Source: Peribolospora baueri (taxonomy: Eukaryota). Taken from it: a stretch of 54,173 bases of DNA. Location of the stretch: positions 248,001 to 302,173 of the forward strand of contig JAMDHS010000016.1 in assembly GCA_029717555.1 (NCBI GenBank), given 5' to 3'. Both the position numbers and the translations under genes were made by a program. Below are positions 11,112-21,867 of this stretch, piece by piece; the first letter of the stretch is position 1, and the number at the start of each line of letters is the position of its first letter. Under the pieces are notes generated by a model that was not told the origin of the DNA, ran no database searches, and saw nothing but the letters and a program-made list of their open reading frames with translations.

Positions 11112-14100
11112 ATGATGAGCGCCGCGGTGCCCCGCGGCAGCGGCGAAACGGCAAGCGTGCAGGCGATGGAGGAGGTACCTATTGATCTGCCGCCGTTTGA
11201 CCTGCGGCCTCTGCTGTACCCTGTCTTCCCGGACTTGCCTTACCCCGGCCAGGGGCCGAGCAAGGCGGTAAGATGTGTCGAAGGTTATGGTGAGTATCCC
11301 GAAAGAGTGGGGCCTGAGAAGTGAAGGGTGGAACTATGACTTATAATGTCCCTGCTCATTACTGCTGCGCTATTAGAGGACAATCTGTATATCGGCTCGT
11401 CAGATGGCATCATCTGCTGGTACAGGCTCAGAGGCGAGGGCAGCTCTACTGAGGTGGATTATCATGGCTTTGCCGCACATTTCGCTAGCGCAGGCTCATC
11501 TCACCCTTCGTATGTCTTTCCTGCGTTTTACATATCAGTCTGACCAGTACGAGCTCATTGAGCAGCGCACATTTGTGTCTGGCAAGGCCATCGAGCGCAT
11601 TCTGCTCATGCCAGCCATCAACAAGGCGGCCGTCCTTACAGGTAGGTTTAGAAATGGAGTACGAAGCGAATATAACAGAGGCGCCATCTACTTACTTGCC
11701 CACGCTCGCGCTATCAATTCATCCTTTTTGCATTGTTCATCTCAATGCTTCAGATCACACGCTTTCGTTCTACGCCCTTCCAGACCTGGCGCCCATATCG
11801 GCCCAGGTCATACCTCACCTTAAAGGAATAATGACCGCCACTCTGGATGACGCAGAAATAGCGGGGGGAGGGACTGATACGGCTGGCGCCGTGACCATCG
11901 CCGTGGTGAAGCGCAAGGTGGTACAGCTGCTCAAGGTCCGGGAGAGGATGGGACTTGGCAAAGTGAGCTCGACGACGCTCGCTGAGTATCCATTACTTCC
12001 TCACGTTTATGACGCTGATGACTGTTTTATCTGAACAGGAAATTCCATTCCCAGGTGGAGCTCCCCTTGCCCGTCTACGAAGACATCACCTTTGCGTCGC
12101 TTCGCTCACTAAATACTCCATCATCAACCTGCTCACCGGTGAAATCATCCCGCTTCTTCCCATCACACAAACCGACAACGCCCCTTCCGCTAGTGTTCGG
12201 CCCTCCATCGCCTGTATCGGCGAGGAGGAGTTTCTCGTCACCAGTCATACAGCCGATATGACCCTTGGGGTGTTTGTCAAACCCAATGGCGAGCCTACCC
12301 CCAAGCTGATCGAATGGCCTAGCCATCCGAGGAGCGTTGGTGTGTTCTTTTTCTGCTTCTTTCCTCCGCTGTCTTGTCCTGTTTTTTGTGTGGACGCTGA
12401 TTGATTTCGAAATGAAAACTTCCGGTACGGACGGGATCCAGCCTACGACCCGCCTTATCTGACGGCCCTCCTCCGCAACGATACCATCGAGTTTCACGAC
12501 CTGTCGGACGCGAAGGAAGCCAAATTGGCACAGACGATCCACTTGCCCGACCTTCTCGAGCCTCGGGCTCTGTCCACCCCCCTCCGTGGAGCTCTGCAGA
12601 TTATGGATGAACACGGCGTCGGCGGCATGGAACAGATGCGCGTCAGAGTTCTTTCTTCGAAAGGCATAAAGGGAGAAGCGAGCCGAGGTCGGAAAGAAGG
12701 GGAGCCGATCGGCTCAGACGATGACGACGTCAAGAGCTACTTCTCCACGCCCTCACCCTCCCCTTCCCCACCTCCGCCCACAGACCGGTCGGGTGCGCCC
12801 TCCCGACTGATCCAGACGAGGGTTCTCCTTGTGGGCAAGAACGCAGTACAATGCCTCGTCGCAAGCAGCCTACTTGCAAAGGTCGAGGGTGAGGTGCGGA
12901 GACGACGGTGGGAAGTGGTAGATAGGATGCTTAAAAAGGGCTGGGCAGATTTCGAGAGAGCTGGGAAAGAGAGATTGGATGCAGAGGACCAAGTGAGCCT
13001 GTCCCTCGACCTTGGAACGGACGAACTCCCGTGAACCGTGACACAGGGACCTCTCACACGTCGTACCCTCTTTCCTCGTCAGCGCGAGCCCCTCCTCTAC
13101 CTCACCGGCCTTCTCGCCGTTCACCACTTACGAAACCTCCGCTTCATCGAGGCCGGCCCTCTACTCCTCCGAGCTCGCACGGATCCTCGGCTTCTCTTGC
13201 GTATGTTCCCCAACGTGAGGGGGAGGATGATCGGCCGCGCTGAAAAGACGGCCATTTGTAAGGGGACCGAGGAGGGGTGGGAAGCTGTCAACCACGATGT
13301 GGACGAGATGAGTGAGTTCAAATGGTGGTGCACTCAGTTCGGTCGGAGCTTCTTTTCTCCTTGCCTTTCGTCATTGCTTTCGTTATCACTTCTTTATGAC
13401 ATCGTTCCCATATCCCCGCCTCTCGAGCGCCTGCCACTCTATTCGTTCTGTCGTCTTGGTCGTTACTTCGTTGTCTTCTCGCACACCCATATTCACTTTT
13501 TTCTCACTAACTTATTTGCGGCGGGGCGCACCATCGCCGTCAAAACTGGACACGACGTAACGCCCAATTCTGACACGCAGTCTTGGCCAATCTAGTCCTC
13601 AACTACGCACCCCATATCCAACCCGACGTGGAAAGCGCACCTGCGACGGTTGAACTGAGGACTCGGCTCAACCAGCGAGCGATGGAAATGCTGACTGCGT
13701 TTTTGGAGGGGTGGCGGGCGGAGAGAGGCTGGGAGTGGGGAACCCAGAAAGCGGGGACGCGAACGAGCGGAAAGGTTCGCGAAAGGGAGGTGGGCATCTT
13801 CCGTGTCTGCTCTTACCATCTACCCCTCGCTCATTGATACGGCCTGCTCAAACCTTGTCGTCCCTTCAGCTCGTTCACACCTCACTCGCCAAGATCTATG
13901 CCTCTGCCCCAAATGACGACGTTTCCTCCTCGCGCAAGCTATCCTCGCTGCTTAAATCTGAATCCCGCACCATCCTTCTGAACGAGCTCGAGCCCGTCCT
14001 TTCCGCCACGTCACGCTACGTGCTGTTGGCAGAGCTACTCTCCGCTTCAACCGACTCATCCTTTCCTCACCACTTCCCGAAAGGGTCGCGCACGACGAAG

Positions 14101-16149
14101 GATGGAAAAGCGTCGGATGTGGAGTGGGAAGCGGCGGCACGGGAGCGCGTGTTAGAAATTTGGCGAGGTTTGGTGGAGGGGACGCTCTTGGACCCTCGGG
14201 TCGACCTCACGAAGGAGGAGGACAAGGAGAGGGCTTTGGATGAGATAATGAGGTTGTTAGAAGGGGCAGGCCCGGACGTGAGGGGATCTTGGGGGCTGTG
14301 GCTCGCGCAAAAGGATCCTGCTCGGGGCATAAAGGTGAAGGGCCAAGTGTTTATCTCAACTCCGTCTGCCGTCGTGATCGATTTATAACATCTGGGATCT
14401 TTTTACAGATCTTGACCAGCTCGCCGCCGTCACGGAAGTCGAACGATGGTCCGGACGAGCGGCAGGTTTTGAGCAGTTTGCGAACGGTGGATGAGAGTGC
14501 AGCGCAGAAATATCTGGAGCATGTCGTGCTACAGGGTCGAAAAGAGGTAAGCGACCCTAATCCGAAGGGCCGATTATTACCGACCTTTCTTAGTATGACA
14601 ACAGGAGCTTTGACTGACACGCTTTTTCTTTTTGGCTCCGGCAATCGGTAGTCGGCCGACCTTCACGACGAACTCATTCGTGGTTACCTGGACGACTTAA
14701 CAACGGCATTAGCTGACCCATCCATTCGAGCAGAATTTGAGGCTATTGGTGAGAGCCATACCTGGTGGCTGCCGCGGCTACGCGAATCTTGATAACACTA
14801 ACTCGTACGTCGCGACGCTTGGTCGTTTCGCGCGACAGTTCGTCACTTCCCCCTGTCACAGCCTCCGACCTCCTTTCCGACGTTTCTCTCCTCTCGCGTG
14901 CTCTCTCTCGCCCCTGAACACCAACCCGATCCTTCATTTACCCCTACGTCGTCTCATCGTCATTTAATCATCCGCCTAAAGTTAATTTTCGTCCTTCAAG
15001 GTTCACGTTTGTACGACGTCGAAAAGGTGAAGAGCAGGCTGGAGCAAGTGCCTCTGAAGAATTTGGCATTCGAAAGGGCCATCGTTGATGGAAAGGTGAG
15101 TGGACAGTTCTGTCTCGGAGGTTATTCGGCAAACGAAGCCCCGCGATGGCCTTGCTCATTTCTCGATGCCATTCAACAACTACATCAGCTCAACTCACAT
15201 CAGTCCGCCCTGCGCGTTCTCGCGCTAGAACTCTCCGATTCCTCCTCCGCCGAGGCATACTGCGCCCAAGCCGGCGAAGCCGTCCCGCCCATTGTGGCTT
15301 CCTCGGTGGCACGAGACCACCCTGACCTTGAACGCTTCGCGCAGCTCGTCTCACGATCCCACTCCGCAGCCGCGAAGGAGAGAAAGAAGAGGTTGGGAGA
15401 AGAAAATGAGCAGGAGGAGAGGAGGGCGCTATTTAGGAGGCTGTTAGGCGTCTACATGGAGGGTGACGAGTGAGTTTTCCGCGCTGCTGCGGGCGGTCGG
15501 CATATTGATTGTCAACGAACCTGCTGTCGCCGCCTGTGCTGGCTCCATTGACTGCTCGCTGACCATCGCGCTTGCCGTTCGCCTTCTTCTGTGTCTGTGT
15601 TCTTTTTGCGCAATTTCTTTGGCCGTCCCTTTATGGCTATGCGTTCCCGCTCCTCTCCTTTCTAGTCCTAAACTCGCCCCACTAGCTGCCTCGCTTCTAC
15701 GCTCCCAAGCTCTCTACCTGTCCACCCTCGAAGTGCTCTCCCTAATCCCCTCCTCATGGCCCCTCCACCACCTATCCCCCTTCCTCTCCAGCTCCTTCCG
15801 CCGCGGCCTCCATGCCCGCCAAGAGGGCTTGATCCTCAAGGCTCTGAGCTTGGGACAGAACCTGGAGACGCAGGAAAGGTGTTGGTTAGAACAGAGGAGC
15901 TTGGGGGGCGTTTTAAGGGAGGAGGGCGACGAGGAAGATGGGCCTGTCGGCGGTGCAGGCGGAGAGGAGATGGAAGTCGACGCGGGTGAGGACAGTCACA
16001 GGGACAAGGAGCTCAAGGGGACGGCGACGACGACGAAAGGGGAGGTCGCCGAAACGGACACTAAGACGCCTTTCGTGCCTTTCAGTTTGGACGCGGGGCC
16101 GAAGGAGAGAGGAAGTGTGTCTATGCCACCGACGTCTGCGCGGACCTAG
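11112..16149 (+). CDS. Vps3/TGFBRAP1-like (Vam6/Vps39 family) CNH-domain endosomal tethering subunit; multi-exon
   Basis: Spliced N-terminus VRCVEGY/EDNLYIGSSDG, KAIERILLMPAINKAAVLT/DHTLSFYALPDL, EEEFLVTS...LGVFVKPNGEP...IEWPSHPRSV (CNH beta-propeller). Helical region QKYLEHVV, RLKLIFVLQGSRLYD, ERAIVDGK/LNSHQSALRVLALELSDSSSAEAYC. Vps39_2-type end VLSLIPSSWPL...ILKALSLGQNL with no RING finger, which favours Vps3-like. Confidence 0.85.
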
Positions 16150-16311
16150 AGCCGGCGGAGAACAACGTTCTCTACCTAATGCATAATACCCATGTTTGTA
16201 CGTTCCTCGCCGCGCTCGCAAGGAGAGATCTGCTTGACATCGTCCTCGCGCATGACGCGACTGAAATACCCGGGATCCTTCTAGCGTACACTCTCTCGGT
16301 CGACCGACTTC

Positions 16312-17922
16312 TCAGCCGTCCCATTTCCCCACTTCCGGATCCGGACCCATTTCAAAGCCGAGATTTTCCTCGATCTCGACCACCTCCTCGCGGTCCATAT
16401 TGTCCCTGACGGTTCCCCATAATCTGTTCAGAGATGAAGAAAGGGTCGCAATTTGAGCGGGCCGAGTTCAGGGACCTGGCGGCGCGAGGACGAGCAACGG
16501 GGAAGAAAGGGTGGGCTCAGCTCTTTGAACGCCTTTCTCCTCGCCTGCCAAGTCTGTGAGGGGGGATTCCAGACCCGATGCGGTGGGGGGAGGGTGGGTG
16601 AGCGATGACTATGCGCCATTTTTAAACCGACGCGGGAGAGCCGCGAGGCATCGTCACCTTCGACCAAAAGGCGTGGCTCTTCTCCAGCGCCTTCAACTCG
16701 CCGGCGGTGAGCGGCTTGCGTCCCGAACGGAGGAGGGAGAGGCGTCCTTCTAGTGAAGAGATCTGAAACAGGACATATTCAATCACGCGCGTTCACGAGT
16801 TCGCAAGCAGTGCCGCGGGGAACCGCGCGTCACCTTGTCTTCTAACTCAGCGTTTTTGAGAGGAAGCTCTTCGGTCGTGGGGATTACGTTTATGTCGGCG
16901 AGCTCTGGACAAGAAAAGACACGGAAGACAGCGCCCGGCAAACGCATTTCCGCAATGGCAAATCAGAGCATAAGGAGTGCTGTCATGCACGCCTATGGGC
17001 ACCGCATACACGCACCCCTTTCCAAGCGCTTCACTTTGTCCTTCACCTCGATGATCCTCTCTTTCCTCTGCTCGTTCTCTTTCTGCAGTTCCTTCAGGGC
17101 CTCTGAGGAGAGGGCTGACGAGGGGTCCTATACGAGATGGAGAAGAGGGGGATGAGTTGAGGTGGTGAGAATACCTAAATGGACGTCGAACACGTTGCAT
17201 CAGAGGGGTTAGTCGTTCAGATATGAGCTGCTGTCTACCTGCTTGGTGGCAAAGACGGTCTGTTTGCCTGACAGAGGCAGAAGAAAGCACATTATCAGGC
17301 GAGAGAGATGCGGCACGTTCAGAAAAACTCCGACCGCGCCACCCGGACATCATCGTCCCTCTCCGTCTCGGCCGCCGTGTCGCCGTTGACCGTCCGAGCT
17401 CACCGTACGTTTTCTGAAGGAGTAGGCCTTTCTCCGCCAGCGCGGTCAGCACCTTCTGCGCCGTCCCTTTCGAGACCTGGTTCTTGAGGTTGCAGCTGTG
17501 GAGGAGCGGAGCCGATGCGTGAATATGGACGCCAGCGCGGGACAGCGTGGGTGGATCAGCGGTCTCTCGACAAGTGGTGTTGACAACATTTGTGCAGTTT
17601 GGAAGGCATAAACGAGGATTGGGAGGAAGGAGAGGACGACAAACCTGACGTCGGTCGCGCCGTGAGGACGGTTCTGCCGTTTGAGGTAGTTCAGAATCAG
17701 AGCTTCGGCTGATGTGGCAGGTATACGGAGGCCGTTAGGGTTCAGAACCGGTGTTCAGCATGCTTGCTATTCAGCCGTCCTTTTCCAATGACAAAGGGCT
17801 CCAACACCTCCTGCTGGCATGCGGGGGGGGAGGGGGGGCAAGGGGGTGTTCGCCTTACCGTCGTCGCCCTTGATGGTGGGAGGGACTTGGGCGTGAGTCG
17901 CGGACTTCGTCGCCTTGGGCAT
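16312..17922 (-). CDS. HOP2: Homologous-pairing protein 2 (Hop2/TBPIP), meiotic recombinase cofactor; multi-exon
   Basis: Spliced product MPKATKS...IKGDD/AEALILNYLKRQNRPHGATDVS/CNLKNQVSKGTAQKVLTALAEKGLLLQKTYG/KQTVFATKQ (winged-helix TBPIP signature), then a coiled coil, then HAFWSK/TWQARRKAFKE/LWGTVRDNMDREEVVEIEENLGFEMGPD. The last intron needs a non-GT donor (see findings). Confidence 0.88.
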
Positions 17923-17999
17923 ATTCAATTGATCTCTTCTGGAAAAGCGACAATGTGCTGTGGAAGTTAGTAAGGGTATTGCAGCTGCGTTTTCCTGGC

Positions 18000-18166
18000 G
18001 AGGCGGCGATGATGGGAGGACGAGAAGGGCGACGTAGGACGTCAGACCGCTTATCCCTGACCGGCGGCGGCCCGTGCGCGCGATCGAGGTAAGCGGGCGA
18101 AGGGACGACGGCGACGATAACGTCGAGTAGGATAGCAACCACCGTGCTCCAAGCCAGACCGTCCAT
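18000..18166 (-). pseudogene. Possible inverted N-terminal fragment (membrane anchor and Pro-rich hinge) of the adjacent P450 relic
   Basis: MDGLAWSTVVAILLDVIVAVVPSPAYLDRAHG...RSDVLRRPSRPPII: a hydrophobic N-terminus followed by a Y.DRA.G...R.D...P..PII pattern. It resembles, from recall rather than a search, the N-termini of fungal fatty-acid-hydroxylase-type P450s. Confidence 0.4.
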
Positions 18167-18282
18167 CCGGCAGGCAATAAAGGAGGCATAGAAACTGTTA
18201 AGCTCAGCGTCGTCCGCCTCACTTGACTGCGTGTCGAGTGGCACTCGGACGACGGCCCGTTGCTATCTCGCTTGCCCCACAG

Positions 18283-19440
18283 CTGATGAACGATGCGGCG
18301 AGGATTGACGACGCCGCCTCTTGTATCTCCTCCTCCCTCGCCCTCTACCAGACCAACTCCACGGCTCTAACCGCCTTCAAGGCGTTACAAGCAAGGGAAC
18401 ATGTCCTACGACACTCGGACATCAAGGTGCATCTCGTTCACACACTGTGCAGCGACGTTCCAGGGAGACTCCTTTTCTTTCTTTCTCCCGACTCGTCGAT
18501 CTGAACGTCCGCTCTCGTTCGATCATGCGTCGGCCTGTGTGCAGGACCTCGTATGCACACAAGCCTGTTTAAAAGAAGGTGAGTTTGGTAAGAAAGGAGG
18601 CTCGTGCGTGTGTTCGCAAAGGGTCCACCTGCCATCTCACCGATAGAGCCAACTCTGGCTGCGACCACGTCTTCTAGCCCTGTACTTGCACCCACCCGTG
18701 CCGAAGAACCTCAAAGTGTCCTTGGGAGACGACGTCATCCATCCTTATCCCGCCAGCGGCACCAACGACCCTACCGCCTCCGCCTCTCCTTTCGAAGACC
18801 GTTTGCCACCTGTGCCCGTCAAGGTGAGCTTCATCGACGGCGGGTCGAGCGCACACTTCGTATAAGCATATGAGGAGAAAGTCGAAATCGAATTTCCCTC
18901 CGATTCTCATCGCCCGCCCTTCTTCTTACAGGCCAGCGAGTACTGGAGCGATTGGGTGATGGCGCGCATGCCTGAGATCTGGGGGGACGATTGCGAGGAG
19001 TTCAAGCCTCAGCAATGGATCGAGGAGAACATGGGTCCTGATCGAGGCAAACAGGGGGGGCAAAAAGGGAGAAAGAAGACCTTGCGCAATTTCGGTTCTT
19101 GGAAGGCGCACTTCTTCAACGCCAGTGAGTGCTAATTCCTCCATCCCCTCCATTCCCGTGTTGCCGCAAGCTCGAACAAGGCAGCTCGGGTTTGGCGCAT
19201 CCGCACCGACTGACTGAATCCCTCTCGGCATGGCCGATTCGACCGCCCGCATCGCAGGTCCTCGGATGTGCCTTGGCCAAACGCTGGCGACGTACGTGGC
19301 CATGGCCGTGACGTGCGCCTTGCTGAGCCGGTTCGAGATGCGCAAGACAAAAGAACAGGACCAGCTGCGCTTACTCGATTCGATCACTCACCCCATCGCA
19401 AACCCCTATTCTGTACGAGTGAAGAGAAAGGAAAGGCGAA
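18283..19440 (+). pseudogene. Truncated, degenerate cytochrome P450 (C-terminal ~40%; CYP86-clan / fatty-acid omega-hydroxylase-like motif set)
   Basis: Exons ..18426, 18545-18578, 18678-18823, 18932-19124 and 19258.. splice to HSDIK/DLVCTQACLKE/ALYLHPPVPKNLKVSLGDDVI...VPVK/ASEYWSDWVMARMPEIWGDDCEEFKPQQW...AHFFNA/SPRMCLGQTLA. ExxR reads EALY, PER(W) reads PQQW and FxxGxRxCxG reads FNASPRMCLG. There is no I-helix or middle part, and no stop at the expected end. Confidence 0.85.
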
Positions 19441-19745
19441 CGAACGCGGGCAGGAACAAATGTAGGCGATGCGATGCGATTCTCGCGCTGTATATACATT
19501 TGGATCGGATGGAGTGTATCTTGGCTTTGTATGGTACAGGGGGCGGGTGTTTAGTGCTTGACTGCGGCGACTTCCATGGCCTTCCGCCGACCTTCGATCA
19601 CGACGTCGCCGAGCTCGTTCTCTTCAGGCCTACGAACATCGCCCTTCTCTGTTCGCTGCCCACCCCATTCTCTGTCCCATCTCCCGAAACACCGCCTCAC
19701 AAACTCCCCGCACGAGCGCCGAAAAGCACTTCAAGCCAATTCGCC

Positions 19746-21430
19746 ATGACCACCTCCAACGTCGTCGCGCCAGAGGTTCTCTGGGCCCAGCGCAGCTCTG
19801 CGACCGAGCCGGAGAAAAACCTTGTTTACCTCACCATCAACGTGAGTCTCGCTCCCGTCAGTTTCTGTCTCCACGCGTGTTCCTCGCATGGTATGGAGAG
19901 GAAGGGAGAGAAAGAAAGAGAGACGGGCGCCTCCCGAGCATGTGGGCGATGCGGAACGGGGGCACACTGTAGTGTCAAGAGACGGCGACGACCGCTCGAG
20001 CCCGATTCTGTTTCTCTTCTTGCGAGTCGCTGGCACCGTGGGCTGTATATGGACGGCCATGTTGGACAAAGCCGTTGGCTAAGACTGTTTCTGTGTTTTT
20101 GACTGATGCATCTTTACACCCTGCTCTACCGCTCCCTCCTCCGCTGCCCATGGTACCCACCCTCACCAGGTCCCAAACCTTCCCGAAAAGCCAAAGCTTG
20201 ACATCCAGCCGAACCGCGTCTCCTTTGAGGCAGAGGTGGGCGACCCGAGCAAAGGCATCGAGAAGAGGCACTACGCGTTTTCGTTTGAGCCTTTCAAGGA
20301 GATCGATCCGGAGGTGAGTCAGAGATGTGGCTAGGCGCGGATTGAGCTTGTTTGCTCGTCAGGTCGGGAGAAAGCGGCGGAGGCTTTCGGGGTTGGAAGG
20401 GAGTTTGAATATTGGGAGAGCAGGAGCGAGAGACGGTTCGAGAGTGACGCGTCAGGTATCCTGGGCGAACGGCGAGGCTGAATATCCTGAATGTCCTTGT
20501 TACCTTTGCGTCCCGACACGCTCCTCTCTCCCATCTCAACCTTGCCTTCCCTCAATCACCTTCCCCGCCCGCCTCACAGCACTCTCGCGTCCACCAGACC
20601 TCCAAGGCTTTGAGCCTCTTCCTGCGGAAGAAGGATGCTCAGCAGGAGTACTGGCCTCGCCTCACCAAGGAGAAGGCCAGGCTGCACAACGTCAAGACTG
20701 ACTTCGAGAAGGTGAGTGAGCGCGGTTGTCAAGTTGCACCTGGGCCTTGGTCAGGCCCGTTAGAAGCAAAAAATGCCCATGCTCATCCTTTCTTGACCTC
20801 GTCTCTGCGACGCCAGTGGGTCGACGAGGACGAGCAGGAGGGTGAGCTTGACGACGACATGCTCGGCGGCATGGGTGGAATGGACCCCAGCATGAGTGAG
20901 TAACTTTGCGTACATCTCGTAGCAGCGGTATACACTTGACTCACCGTTCGCGTTCAATGGTCGAGTGCTCACTGCGTTTCACCGCGCTCGCTTCTTGCAG
21001 TGGGCGGTATGGGCGGTGGCATGGGTGGCATGGGTGGCATGGGTGGTATGGGTGGTATGGGTGGTATGGGTGGTATGGGTGGTATGGGTGGTATGGGTGG
21101 CATGGGTGACATGGGCGGTATGGACATTCAGCAGGTAAGTTGTTCTGCGGATGTTTTCCAAGCGGACCTTTTCTCCGTCTCTGACTGCTATCTCTCTTCC
21201 GTTCCCGTACCCGTCCACAGATGCTCTCCCAGATGGGCCAGGGCGAAGGCGGTCCAGGCTTCGGTGAGGAGGAGGATGAGACCTCCGAGGAAGGCGAAGA
21301 GGTTGGCGAGGAGATGCCCAAGCTCGAGGAGGCCGGCGCCGAGAAGAAGGCGGACGAGCCCGCGGTGCCAGTTGCCCCTGCCGAGAAGGGCACCGAGGCG
21401 GCCGAGGCTGAGGCGGCCAAGGCGGAGTGA
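19746..21430 (+). CDS. SBA1: Hsp90 co-chaperone p23 (Sba1/Wos2); 6 exons
   Basis: APEVLWAQRSS...NLVYLTIN/VP..., LRKKDAQQEYWPRLTKEKARLHNVKTDFEK/WVDEDEQ (CS domain signature), then a GGM-repeat and acidic tail. Stop TGA at 21428-21430. Confidence 0.95.
21003..21122 (+). repeat. 9-bp coding tandem repeat (GGTGGTATG/GGTGGCATG) encoding the GGM tail of p23
   Basis: About 13 near-identical 9-mers filling SBA1 exon 5. Confidence 0.95.
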
Positions 21431-21867
21431 ACGAGGTGATGAAAGACACGCCTCGCCATCACTTTCGCTTTCGTACCTGGCTTCCCTTTTATCTTAGCCC
21501 TACGTCTACCCTGCGATCTCCGACGTCTTGGTTCCAAAAAACGTTTGGCCTCCGTGTAGTTAGTTCTGTAAGAACGTCGCGGCTCTCAGACAGAGCGTCC
21601 TCGGCCGGACTTCCCGAAGAAGAGCCGAATGATCGTCGTCCGTTTATCGCGTATCCTTCAATGGCTGGGCGCCCACCAACGCCGCTCACAGCAACACGAG
21701 CGAGACACCCCGAGACGTGTAAGAAGGCGTCGAAGCTTTCCACATCAACTGGGAGCAAGAGAATTCCGAGAGCGGGACGAGTCTGCGCGCACGGGATATT
21801 CATTTACGCGCTTCGACGCGTGTCCGGCTTTCTCCCCTTCCACCAACTCACTCATCCCCACCGATCA

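Noticed and set aside
17822..17846. G-runs with G-quadruplex potential (also 52641-52670)
   Set aside because: They are the complement of C-rich pyrimidine tracts on the minus strand, common in this genome, with no further support.
1..19440. Zn2Cys6 TF plus P450 as a secondary-metabolite cluster
   Set aside because: There is no backbone enzyme or transporter, the two are separated by trafficking and meiotic genes, and the P450 is a relic.
19842..20169. Longer introns (also 13312-13580 and 20313-20579) as snoRNA hosts
   Set aside because: I could not identify convincing paired C/D or H/ACA boxes with terminal stems. An Infernal or snoscan run would be needed.
21003..21122. Regular short repeat array (CRISPR-like or minisatellite?)
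   Set aside because: It has no spacers and is the GGM tail commonly seen in fungal p23 proteins.
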